Assembly: GCA_963774045.1 (NCBI GenBank) | Contig: CAVZED010000033.1 | Location: 64,379 to 128,378 of the forward strand | Direction of reading: 5' to 3' | DNA: 64,000 nucleotides | Source: an uncultured Pseudomonadota bacterium | Lineage (GTDB): Bacteria > Pseudomonadota > Gammaproteobacteria > Steroidobacterales > Steroidobacteraceae | Shown: positions 37,819 to 48,766 of the stretch, piece by piece | Layout: each line of letters opens with the position of its first letter | How positions within the stretch are numbered: position 1 is the stretch's first letter | Program-made: the position numbers and the translations under genes | The notes under the pieces: generated by a model | Databases searched by the model: none | What the model was told of the DNA's origin: nothing | The model's input: the letters and a program-made list of their open reading frames with translations, nothing else

Positions 37819-38876
37819 GCCGGCAGCAGCCCCGGCAGCGGCGCGTTCGCGTCGACCAGCCCGCGCTTGCGCAGCGCGCGCCAGAAATCCGGCGGAACCG
37901 GATGCGTGAACATCGCCGCGCAATTGCGCGCCTCCGCGCCGCTCGCACAGCCCGCGACCACGCTCGCGACCGCGGGATGCCCCAGCGGGAACTGCAGCGC
38001 AGCGGCTTGCAGCGGCACATTGAAGTCATCGCAAAGCGCTTCCAGTTGCCGAACGCGCTCGAGCACGTCGGCCGGCGGTTCGCGGTAGTTGTAGTGCGCC
38101 TGCGCGCCGGCGCGCGAGCCGGTGGCGAGGATTCCCGAATTGAACGGTCCGCCGCACAGGATCGACACGCCCCTTTGCACGCACAGGGGCAACAGCTTCT
38201 CGAGCGCCGGCTGCTCGAGCAGCGTGTAGCGGCCCGCGAGCAGGATGCAGTCGATGCCTTCGAACAGTCCGCCGACCATGTCGAGACAGGCGGAGACTTC
38301 GTTCACGCCGATTCCGATGGCCCGGACGGCGCCGGCCGCCTTGAGCTCGCGCAGCGCGCGAAAGCCGCCATCGACGAGCTGGCGGAGGTACGTGGAGTTC
38401 TGGTCGCCGTGCGTGAGCGCGCCGATGTCGTGGATGAGCAGGATGTCCACGCGCGGCACGGCGAGCCTTCCGAGGCTCTCCGCGTGCGAGCGCATGATCG
38501 CGTCGTAGGTGTAATCGAACACGGGCTCGAACGGGCGCGGCGAGAAGTATCCCTGGCGGCCGACGTTCGGATCCTGCGGTCCCGTGGGCAGAAGTTTTCG
38601 CCCCACCTTCGTCGACAACACCGGCATCGGACTCGCGCCGCGCAGCGTAGCGCCGATGCGGGACTCGGACAGGCCGAAGCCATAGAACGGCGCGGTGTCG
38701 AAGTAGCGCACGCCGCTGGCATAGGACTCGCGTACCGCCGCGGTGGCGTCTTCTTCGTCGAGCACACGGTACAGGTTGCCGATCCCGGCTCCGCCGAAGC
38801 CGAGCACGCTCACTTCGAGATCCGTGCGGCCGATGGCGCGCCGCTCGAGGGACTGGCGCGCCAGCGCCGGACTCAT
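37815..38876 (-). CDS. aldo/keto reductase (candidate L-fucose / D-threo-aldose 1-dehydrogenase)
   Basis: LGFGGAGIGNLY...YFDTAPFYGFGLSE...LSTKVGR...IGIGVNE. The start at 38876 overlaps the fucP stop. Confidence 0.75.
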   Translation of the reverse strand: MSPALARQSLERRAIGRTDLEVSVLGFGGAGIGNLYRVLDEEDATAAVRESYASGVRYFDTAPFYGFGLSESRIGATLRGASPMPVLSTKVGRKLLPTGPQDPNVGRQGYFSPRPFEPVFDYTYDAIMRSHAESLGRLAVPRVDILLIHDIGALTHGDQNSTYLRQLVDGGFRALRELKAAGAVRAIGIGVNEVSACLDMVGGLFEGIDCILLAGRYTLLEQPALEKLLPLCVQRGVSILCGGPFNSGILATGSRAGAQAHYNYREPPADVLERVRQLEALCDDFNVPLQAAALQFPLGHPAVASVVAGCASGAEARNCAAMFTHPVPPDFWRALRKRGLVDANAPLPGLLPA

Positions 38877-40150
38877 GCGGCCGCCGCACCGCGCGATTGT
38901 TTGCCGAACCAGGCCACGACCGCGAAACACGCCGCCGGCACCAGCATCGCGATGTTGATCGAGCTCGCGTCCGAGACGAGTCCCATGACCATCGGGATCA
39001 GCGCGCCCCCGACGATGGCCATGACCAGGAACGAGCTGCCGGATTTCGTGTAGGGCCCGAGTCCGCGCAGGCTCATCGTGAAGATGGTCGGGAACTGGAT
39101 GGACATGAAGAAGCTGGTCGCCATGAGGGCGTACAAGCCGACTTCGCTGCCATTCAAGGCGCCGATGACACACAACACCAGGTCCGCGACGGCGAAGGTG
39201 ATCAACAGCGCCGCGGGCCGGAATTTCGACATCAGCAGCGTGCCGATGAAACGCCCGGCGAAGAAGAGGATCAACGAATAGAAGAGGTAGTCCGCCGCGG
39301 ATTTCTCCGACGTGCCCGGAAGGTTGACCTGCGCGTAACGGATCAGGAAGCTCCAGACACCCACCTGCGCGCCGACGTATGCGAACTGCGCGAACACCCC
39401 GAGCCAGTAGCGCGGGAACTGGCTGAGCCCCGCGAAGCCGCCGCTCGCACCCGGGCCTTCGTCCGCCGCGCGCTGCGCCATCGGTGGAAATTTCGCGATG
39501 GCGACCAGCACCGCCCACAGCAGCACCACGGCCGCGATGCCGAGATACGGTAGTTTGACGGCCGCCAGCTCCGAAGCCTGCCAGGCCGCGCGCACCGCCG
39601 GGTCCATCGCCTGGATCTGTTCCGGAGTGTAGTGATGGTCCGAGAGGATCAGCGTCTTGCCGAGGAATACGCCGCCGATCGTGCCCAGCGGATTGAAGGC
39701 CTGCGCGAAGTTCAGCCGCTGATCCGCGTTGTGGGCCGGACCCATGATGGCGATGAGCGGATTCGCGGAGGTCTCGAGGAACGACAGGCCGCTCGCGACC
39801 ACGAACAACGCCCCGAGGAACCAGTGGTACTCGCCGAGCTGCGCAGCGGGATAGAAGAGGAGGGCGCCGGTGCCGAACAGCACGAGGCCCATCACCACCG
39901 CCGCGCGGTAACCGAAGCGGCGCATGAACAGCGACGCCGGGATCGCAAACGCGAAGTAACCGATGAACGTGGCGAACTGCACCAGGCTCGAGGCGAAGTC
40001 CCCGAGCAGGAAGGTCTTGCGGAATTGCGGAATGAGCACGTCGTTCAGGCTGTTCGACATGCCCCAGAAGAAGAACAGCCCGATGATCAGGGCGGTGGCG
40101 ACGAAGAACCCGGGCGTGATGAACGCCTTCTCCTGCGGCTCATTCGTCAT
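38873..40150 (-). CDS. fucP: L-fucose:H+ symporter permease (MFS, FucP/FHS family)
   Basis: FFFWGMSNSLNDVLIPQFRKTF...ETSANP...AQAFNPLG. 426 codons. The start at 40150 overlaps the IclR gene stop. Confidence 0.8.
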   Translation of the reverse strand: MTNEPQEKAFITPGFFVATALIIGLFFFWGMSNSLNDVLIPQFRKTFLLGDFASSLVQFATFIGYFAFAIPASLFMRRFGYRAAVVMGLVLFGTGALLFYPAAQLGEYHWFLGALFVVASGLSFLETSANPLIAIMGPAHNADQRLNFAQAFNPLGTIGGVFLGKTLILSDHHYTPEQIQAMDPAVRAAWQASELAAVKLPYLGIAAVVLLWAVLVAIAKFPPMAQRAADEGPGASGGFAGLSQFPRYWLGVFAQFAYVGAQVGVWSFLIRYAQVNLPGTSEKSAADYLFYSLILFFAGRFIGTLLMSKFRPAALLITFAVADLVLCVIGALNGSEVGLYALMATSFFMSIQFPTIFTMSLRGLGPYTKSGSSFLVMAIVGGALIPMVMGLVSDASSINIAMLVPAACFAVVAWFGKQSRGAAAA

Positions 40151-41064
40151 GGCAGATCTCCGTGCGCGATGTCGATCGATATCTGTCGCGCCGCCGCGGT
40201 CACGTATCCCACCGCCTCGGTCATTTCCTTCACGAGCGGAGTGCTGTGCACGAAAGGAACCGTGAGGGCCGCGATCGCCGTATCGCCTTGCAGGATCGGC
40301 GCCGAGAGGTCGACGATGCCGCGCACGAAGTCGGAAGCCGCTTCGTGATGACCGCGCTCGCGCACGACATTGGCGCGCGCCACGAATGATTCCGCGGCTT
40401 CGCCCTTGAGACGGCAGCGTTTGAGCCATTGGCGGCGGGTCTCCTCGCTCTGATAGGCGAACAGCACCAGGCCCGACGTGGCGCGCGCGATCTCGCGCCG
40501 GTAGCCGACGCGCACCGAGAATCCAAGATCGCCCGGCCGTTCGATGCGCGTGATCACGACGATCTGGTCTTCGGAGGCCACGGCGATGTGGCAGGACTGG
40601 CCAATGTCGTGCGTGAGTTTGCGCATGATGGGCAAGGCCGTCTCCACGAGCGAGCGCACCGGCGCCTGCGCCATGGCGAGCGCGAACAGTTTGTTCGTCA
40701 GCACATATCCCGTCCCGTTTTCGGCAACGGTTATGAACCCCTTGAACTCCAGCACCTGCAGCATGCGGAACAGTTCGCCCGAGGAACGGCCCAGCCGCTG
40801 CGAGACCGCCGAGAGGTTCAGGGGCGATTTTTCCGCCGCCAGCAGCTCGATGACGTCCAGGCCCTTCTCCAGTGCTGGCGCGCGATAACGGGTTGTCTTC
40901 GGAGTGTTTTCGGCCGTTGTGGCGCGCGGGGGACTCGATTTGCTGGCCATGTTGTCGTTGGTTTTTGTCGTGACCGGCGCGGAGTTTTGCACGGAACCGC
41001 CCGGCGCGATATGCGCACCGCCTGCCGGAATTTGCCCGGAAACCACTTGATCTTGGTTTTTCAT
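40147..41064 (-). CDS. IclR family transcriptional regulator with a low-complexity N-terminal extension
   Basis: ALEKGLDVIELLA...LNLSAVSQRLGRSSGELFRMLQVL (wHTH) plus an IclR effector domain. The first ~60 aa are Pro/Thr/Ser-rich. An alternative start is MASKSS at 40950. Confidence 0.85.
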   Translation of the reverse strand: MKNQDQVVSGQIPAGGAHIAPGGSVQNSAPVTTKTNDNMASKSSPPRATTAENTPKTTRYRAPALEKGLDVIELLAAEKSPLNLSAVSQRLGRSSGELFRMLQVLEFKGFITVAENGTGYVLTNKLFALAMAQAPVRSLVETALPIMRKLTHDIGQSCHIAVASEDQIVVITRIERPGDLGFSVRVGYRREIARATSGLVLFAYQSEETRRQWLKRCRLKGEAAESFVARANVVRERGHHEAASDFVRGIVDLSAPILQGDTAIAALTVPFVHSTPLVKEMTEAVGYVTAAARQISIDIAHGDLP

Positions 41065-41091
41065 TAGCGCATTGTACTTTCATTCGAGAAA
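41046..41091. promoter_or_regulatory. conserved non-coding block copy 1 (TTTCATT-N12-TTTCATT core)
   Basis: About 38/46 identical to 45635-45680. It lies in the divergent IclR/TonB-receptor intergenic region and includes the first codons of the minus-strand ORF. Confidence 0.6.
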
Positions 41092-41150
41092 TGACACCGG
41101 TGGCGAATCGCGGACGCCGTCGATGGCACATACCAAGTGAGGGGTCACAC

Positions 41151-44086
41151 ATGAAGTCGAGATCGAAGTTTTTCGAGAAGCCGGCGTGCGCGTCGGCTCT
41201 TGCACTGAGCACACTCGCCATCGCCCTGCCCGTGGCAGCGCAGGAGCAGCAGACATCCGAAAATGTCGATGAAATCGTCGTTACCGGCATACGTCGCCAG
41301 CTCGAAACATCCCAGGCGCGCAAGCAGGAAGCTCCCGAACTCGTAGACGCGGTAACGGCCGACGACATCGGCGCGTTGCCCGATCGCAGCGTCACCGAAG
41401 TGCTGCAGCGAATTCCCGGCCTGGCCATCGGCCGCGTGCCGGCCCCGCGCGACGCGGACCGCATCGCCGTCGAAGGCGCGGGCGTCACCATCCGCGGCCT
41501 GAGCTGGGTGCGCAGCGAGCTCAATGGCCACTCCGCGTTCTCGGCGAAGAACAGCCGCACGCTCGGATTCGAGGACATTCCGCCCGAGCTGCTCGCCGGT
41601 GTGGACGTCTACAAGAACCCTTCCGCCATGCAGATCGAAGGCGGCCTGTCGGGCAGCGTGAACCTGCGCACCCGCCTGCCGTTCGATTCCGAGGGACGCA
41701 AGTTCAGCTTCTCCGTCGAGGGCGCGCGCGGCGACCTCGCGAAGGAATGGGAGCCGTCGGGCTCGGCGCTTGTACAGCGACCGCTGCGGAGACCGGCGCC
41801 GGTGACTTTCGGCGCGCTCGCCTCGGCGAGCTACTCGGATCTCACGAGCCCCACCGACACGATCCACATCGAAAAGTATTACGTCGACTCGGTAATGAGC
41901 TCGATGGTGACGGCAACAACGTCTCCCTCCGGCCCGGCCAGGTCACCTATGGCACTGGAGGCATCGGCTGGCGCGAACTTGACCATCGTGCGCAATCGCA
42001 CGGGCGCTTCGGCGGCGCTGCAATGGAAGTCACCGAACGACAAGGTCGACGCGCAGCTCCAGTACTTCTATTCCGACGCCACCTTCGAGCAGGACGAGAA
42101 TGCGATCTGGAACCTGCCGGGTGGCGGCCTCAGCGGCACCAACCTCGTGTTCGACGGCGACTATCTGGTCGGCGGCAACTTCAACGACGGCGGCTACGCG
42201 GGTTCGGCTCGCTACAACAAGCGCGAGACGCGCAACAACGACGTCTCGCTTCACCTCAATTTCGAATGCCACCGAGCAGCTGCGTTTCGAAGGTGACATC
42301 CAGCATTCCAAGGCCGACCACAAAGATCATCGACCTGACCATGGGTCCAATGCGGGGCCGAACTTCCAGAATGCGGGGCCGTACTCCCTGCAGCTCAACG
42401 GCTCCGACGTGCCGGACATCACCGTCCCGGAGAACAACATCCTCACGAATCCGGACATGGTCTATCACGGGTTCGCGATGGATCATCACGAGAACAACGA
42501 TGCCGACGCGTGGGCGTATCGCGCCGACGCGGAATACACCTTCGACAACGGCGACTGGCTGGACAAGGTGCGCTTCGGCGTCCGCTACGAGGACTACAAC
42601 TCGACCACGCGTGAAACCGGATATCGCTGGGGTTCGATCAGCCAGAACTGGGCCGGGGGACCCGCGGTATTCAGCCAGCAGGATGTGCCGTTCGTCCAGC
42701 AGAACTATGGCAACTGGTTCCACGGTGGCCCCGGGCCGAGCGGCGTTCCTGTTCCCGAATACGAACTTCTTCCGCAACTACCAGAGGTGGGCCGACACCG
42801 TGGTTGCGGTTTCCACCGCGCCGGGAGTCAACAACGGCTGCTGCGGCTGGACGCCGTGGGATGGCGACTACTCGACCAAGTTCCCCGCGAACGACGGTCT
42901 GGGCGTCAATCCGCAGGATCAGCAGACCACCGCGGCTTATGCGCAGCTGTCCTTCGGACACGAAAAGTGGGACGGCAACATCGGCGTTCGCTTCGTCAAG
43001 ACCGAAGCGTCGGGTTCGGGTCAGCTCGTGTTCTCGCAGGGCAACTTCGGCCCCGGCACGCCCGCGAGCGATATCGCATTCGCCAACGGTGCATCGTCCG
43101 AGACCTCGGGCACTAACGACTACAACCACGTGTTGCCGAGCTTCAACCTGCGCTACAAGGCGACGGACAACTTCATGTCTGAGGTTCGCGGTGGCGAAGG
43201 GCATCGCGCGACCGGAGTTCGCGCAACTTCTGCCCTCGATCACGGTGGGCGTCCAGGTGGGCCAGCTCCAGGGCGGCCAGTGCGTGCCGCTGCCACCGAA
43301 CGTCACGGTGGGCGATTGCGTGTCCGGATACAACGGTTTCGCGGGCAATGCGGATCTCGAGCCGATGGAAGCCACGAACTACGACATCAGCGCCGAGTGG
43401 TACATCAACTCGACCAACTCGCTGACCCTGGCGTTGTTCGACAAGGAAGTGTCGGGGTTCATCGAGACCACGCTGGGTAACATCGTGCCTTACACCAACA
43501 ACGGCGAGACCAAGAACGTCACGGTGCTGCGACCCGAGAACCAGGGCAGCGGTTACGTGCGCGGCGGTGAGCTGGCGTGGAACGGCTTCTTCGACTTCCT
43601 GCCCGGCTGGGGCCGACACTTCGGCGCGCGCGCCGCATACACGTACGTGGAAAGCGGCGGCACGCGCAACGCGGCGCTCAATCCGTACGATCCCAACCAG
43701 CAGACCAACTCGCGTGCTCCAGGACTACCCGCTCGAGGGATTGAGCCGGACCTCGTACAACGCCGAGCTCTACTACTCGGTGCCCAAGGTCGAGGCGCGG
43801 CTGGCCTACAACTGGCGCGAGCGGTACCTGCTGACGACGGCGGCGGCCAACCTGAACATCCCGGCGTTCGCCGATGACTACGGGCAGCTCGATGCCTCGC
43901 TGCAGTGGAAGTTCACGGAGAACATGTCGGTCGGACTGGAGGCGGTCAACCTGATCCGTTCGAAGTTCAAGGTGCTGGTCGACAACGATGTGACGGGCCA
44001 ACCTGGCGATGGCGCGGGTCTGACCTATCACAACTGGGTCGACTCCGATCGGCGCGTCAGCTATCTACATGCGGGCGTCGTTCTAG
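41151..44086 (+). pseudogene. TonB-dependent receptor (carbohydrate-locus type), many frame changes
   Basis: GAGGGG precedes ATG 41151. Signal peptide, TonB box DEIVVTG and plug DAVTADDIGALPDRSVTEVLQRIPGL. Barrel pieces lie in ORFs 41091.., 42100.., 41747.., 42804.. and 43567... The last frame ends ...IGASAIYMRASF with TAG at 44084. Confidence 0.85.
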
Positions 44087-44129
44087 GAATGGCGGGGACA
44101 ATGGGGCCGGGCCCCATTTCCCCGTTTCC

Positions 44130-45653
44130 TCAGGAAGCCTTGCAGTTCTTCTCGATGAACTGCGCGTGGGTCGGCATGCGCGCTACGGCGCGATGCAGCC
44201 CCTCGCGGAACTCCGTGGTTTTCGCCTGCAGCTCGGCGATCGGCATGATGTCGGCCAGCGGGTCCCACCGCCCGGGAGTTGACTCCCTGGCCCAGCATCA
44301 CGGCCACCCAGCTCGGATCCGAGAACAGCTGCCCGTCATGGCGAGCCACCTTGCCGCGCGCCCGGAAGATCTCGATGCGATGCGCGAGGGTGTCCGGCAT
44401 CGGCACCGAGCGACAGTCGCGCCAGAACTCTTCGGTACGCTCATTCGCGACGTAATGCAGGATGATGAAGTCGCGGATCTGCTCGTACTCCGCAATGCTC
44501 AGCCGGTTGAATTCGGCTTCCGCCGTCGGATCCGGTCGCGGTCGACGTCGGCAACAACGACAGGAAGCGAAACGCCGCCGCCTGTACCAGGTGCAGGCTC
44601 GTGGATTCCAGCGGTTCCATGAACCCGCCCGCGAGGCCCAATGCCACGCAGTTTCCATTCCAGAATTTCTTGCGCCGCCCGGTCTTGAAGCGCAGCAGTC
44701 GCGGCTCGGCGAGCGCCTTGCCGTCGAGGTTCCGCATCAACGTCGCGGACGCTTCGTCATCGCCGATGTAGTTTGAGCAGTAGACGTGGCCGTTGCCCGT
44801 GCGGTGCTGCAGCGGAATGCGCCATTGCCATCCGGCCCGATGCGCGGTCGAGCGCGTGTACGGGAAGAAATTCTCGGCGTTCTTCTCGCAGGGAACGGCG
44901 AGCGCGCGATCGCAGGGCAGCCAGTGCGACCAGTCCTCGAAACCCGTGCGCAGCGTCTTCTCGATGAGCAGCCCCTGGAATCCCGAGCAGTCGAGACAGA
45001 AATCGCCGGCGATCGTCGGGCCGTTTTCCAGCCGAACCGATTCGATGAAGCCGCTCTCGCCATTGCGGTCGACGTCCGACGATGCGTCCCTCGACGCGCA
45101 CGACCCCGCGATTTTCCGCGTAGCGCCGCAGGAAGCGCGCATAGAGGCCCGCGTCGAAGTGATAGGCGTAGGCCAGCTGCGGCGTGTCCGGCGGCAGATT
45201 GGGCATCGGCGGCAGGAATCGCATCTGCGCGGCCGCGACGGCGGCGGGCGAATAGTCGCTGAGCGGATGGGCGTGACCATGCGCCGCCAGACGCAGCCAC
45301 AACTGGTGAAACGACACGCCTTTCAGGTTGACGCCGAACTCGCCGAATTGATGGAAGTAGCGATGCCCCGCCGAACCCCAGTTGTGGAAGTCGATGCCCA
45401 GCTTGAAGCTGGCCTGCGTGGCCTGAATGAAGTCACGCTCGTTGATGCCGAGGATCTTGTTGAAGAACTGCAGGGGCGGGATGGTCGCCTCGCCGACCCC
45501 GACGGTGCCGATTTCGTCCGATTCGATCAGCGTGATTCGCTGGGAGTCCTTGACCGCATGCGCCAAGGCGGCCGCGGTCATCCAGCCGGCCGACCCGCCG
45601 CCGACGATTACATAATGCATCCGGCCGGAACCCCCTTGATCTTGAGTTTTCAT
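44130..45653 (-). pseudogene. flavin-dependent tryptophan-halogenase-family protein (paralogue C), at least 3 frame changes
   Basis: [48 protein letters not shown] and [10 protein letters not shown] are spread over ORFs 44757..45653, 44441..45280 and 44083..44658, plus a fourth frame ending ...FIEKNCKAS. Confidence 0.8.
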
Positions 45654-45680
45654 TAGAGCATTGTGCTTTCATTAAGAAAA
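45635..45680. promoter_or_regulatory. conserved non-coding block copy 2
   Basis: cttgatcttgagttttcattagagcattgtgctttcattaagaaaa. It lies in the divergent halogenase-C/GH31 intergenic region. Confidence 0.6.
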
Positions 45681-45807
45681 GGTTCGGTCCGGCTGGAGCG
45701 CAAACATTCGAACCGGCGCTTCGGCTACCTTTGCCGGAAGGCGGGATACGGTGGCGCCCCCACGACGTCGTATCTTGCCTTCCGGCAATTCTATGAGGGG
45801 ATCATCG

Positions 45808-48638
45808 ATGAGACTTCTGAAGATCGTGGCCTGCGCCGCGTTGCTGGCTGCCTGCGCACGGGAGCCTGAGGGTACGTGGGCGCAGGATGGCGCGAGCGTG
45901 TCGGTCACGGCCGCGAGTGGCAAGCGCGTGCGGCTCGAGATGCGCACGGATCGCATCGTTCGAGTCACGTCGCAGGTCTCGGGCGACTTCGATCTGCCGC
46001 AAAGTCTCATGGTGGTGGACTCGAAGATCGAGCCGCCGAAGTTCGAGGCACGGAAGAGCGGCGACCAGGTGGAGCTCGACACCGGGAAGATCGTCGCGCG
46101 CGTTTCGCTCACCAACGGTGCCGTGAGTTTCACGGACCAGAGCGGCAAGGCGTTGCTGGCCGAAGTGCCGGGCGCCGCGCCGGCGCAAGGTGTCTCGCAG
46201 CGCTTCAACGCCGGCACCGACGAGGGGTTGTATCGGCTCGGGCCAACACCAGAACGCGCAGCTCGACCTGAACGGCGAGGACGTCGAGCTCGCGCAGCAC
46301 AACATGGACATCGCGGTGCCGTTCGTGGTCTCGACGCGCAACTACGGCGTGCTGTGGGACAACAACGGCATCACGCGCATCGGCGACCCGAAACCGTACG
46401 GTCTCGTGTCGCGCGACCTCAAGGTGCTCGACGTGGCAGGCAAGGAGGGCGGCTTCACGGCACCTACTCCATCGCCGGCGAGAAGAAACTCGAGCGCGTC
46501 GAGAAGGACATCAACTACCAGTACATCCGCGACCGGTTCAACTGGCCGAAGGAAATGCTCACGGGCCAGGAACCGGTCGCTGGAGCGCCGCCCAACATCC
46601 TGCCCAACCAGTCGGTGACCTGGGAAGGCGCGCTGGTGAGCGAGAAGTCCGGCGTGCACAAGTTCCAGCTCTACGGCAGCAGCTATTTCAAGGTGTGGGT
46701 CAACGGCAAGCTCATGCTCGACCGCTGGCGCCAGAACTGGGCCGCCTGGTATCAAAATTTCGAAGTGCCGATGGTCGCGGGCACGCCGCTCAAGGTGCAA
46801 GATCGAGTGGATCCCCGAACGGCGGCTACATCGCGCTGCTGCACAACGATCCGCTGCCGGACGCGGAGCGCCATTCGCTGACGTTCACGTCGGACGTCGG
46901 GCAAGCGCCATGGACTACTGGTTCGTCGGCGGGCGCGGACTCCGACGAGGTGATCGCGCGGCTATCGCGAGCTCACCGGCAAGGCCGTGCTGATGCCGCG
47001 CTGGGCCTATGGCTTCTGGCAGAGCCGCCAGCGTTACACGACGCAGAAAGAGCTGGTCGACGTCGTCGCCGAGTATCGCAAGCGCAAGATCCCGCTCGAC
47101 AACATCGTGCTCGACTGGTTCTACTGGAAGGAAGACCAGTGGGGCTCGCACGAATTCGACAAGACGCGCTTCCCCGATCCGAAGGGCATGGTCGACGAAG
47201 TCCACAAGCAGAACGCGCAGTTGATGATCTCGGTGTGGCCGAAGTTCTATCCGGCGACCGCCAACTACAAGGAGCTCGACACGGCCGGGTTCATGTACCG
47301 CGGCAACATCGAGGCGGGCGCGAAGGACTGGGTGGGTCCGGGCTACACGAACTCCTTCTACGATCCGTACTCGAAAGCCGCGCGCGACATGTACTGGCGC
47401 CAGATCAACGAGGCCTCAACGTGCTCGGCATCGACGCCTGGTGGATGGACGCGACCGAGCCCGACCTGCACTCCAACCTCGACATCGACTCCATCAAGGC
47501 GCGCATCGGCCCGACCGCGATGGGCCCGGCCGAGAACTTCTTCAACTCCTATCCACTGGTGCATTCGGGCGGCGTATACGAAGGCGCGCGCGCGGCCAAC
47601 CAGAAAGCGCGTGTTCATCCTCACCCGTTCCGGGTTCGGCGGCATGCAGCGCAACGCGTCGGCAGTATGGAGCGGCGACATCGCCTCGCGCTGGGACGAT
47701 CTCTACAACCAGATCGCTGCCGGCGTCAGCGTCTCGTATTCGGGCCTGCCGAACTGGACCTACGACATCGGCGGCTTCGCGAACGAGGCGCGCTACAGCA
47801 CCCAGAAACCCAAGCCAGAAGACCTGGCGGAGTGGCGCGAGCTCAACCTGCGCTGGTTCCAGTTCGGCGCGTTCGCGCCGCTGTTCCGCTCGCACGGTGA
47901 GTATCCGCTGCGCGAGATCTTCAATCTCGCACCGGCAGGGTCGGAGGTGTTCGACAGCCTGGTGTGGTACGACAAGCTGCGCTACCGCCTGCTGCCGTAC
48001 ATCTACACCGTGGCGGCGGACACGTATCCACCGCGACGGCACGATCATGCGCGGCCTGGCGATGGACTTCCCGGACGACCTCGCCGCACGCAAGGTGCGC
48101 GACCAGTACCTGTTCGGCAAGGCCTTCCTCGTTGCGCCGGTGTACAAGTACCAGGCGCGCAGCCGCGTGATCTATCTACCGGCCGGCGCGGCCTGGTACG
48201 ACTTCCACTCGGGGGACCAGCACGCGGGTGGCGAACACGTCGAGCTGCGTCGCGCCGCTCGCACGCATGCCGCTGCTCGTGCGGGCCGGCTCCATCGTGC
48301 CCGTGGGCCCCGAGGTGCAGTACGCGGCCGAGAAGCCGGGCGCGCCGCTGACGCTGCTGGTGTTCACCGGTGCCGACGGCAGCTTCGACTACTACGAGGA
48401 CGACGGCGTCAGTTACGGCTACGAGCGCGGCGAGTTCGCGCGCATTCCCCTGCGTTACGACTCGGAGAAGGGCACGCTCACCATCGGCGCGCGCGCCGGC
48501 ACTTATCCGGGCATGCCGGAAAAGCGGACCTTCAACGTGCGCTGGATCAAGGCCGGTGCCCGGCCGCCAGCCGATTTCGATGCCAAGGCGGACGCCACCG
48601 TCGAATACAGCGGCGCCGAGATCACGGTAGGCCCCTGA
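45808..48638 (+). pseudogene. GH31 alpha-xylosidase/alpha-glucosidase-like lipoprotein with PA14 insertion, many frame changes
   Basis: MRLLKIVACAALLAAC is the leader. The PA14-like stretch is SVTWEGALVSEKSGVHKFQLYGSSYFKVWVNGKLMLDRW. The GH31 core is MPRWAYGFWQSRQRY, GIDAWWMDATEP and AVWSGDI. The C-terminal part is VRAGSIVPVGP... Confidence 0.8.
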
Positions 48639-48766
48639 TCCGGACACTGCGGCCGCTCGGCGCCGCGGGCTTCGCGCAACGGTCGGCCAAACAACTGCTC
48701 GCCGGCCACGAGGGCTGGGCGCCGCAAGAGGCGCCGTAGTGCATCGACGCCCGGCGCGCACCGCGC

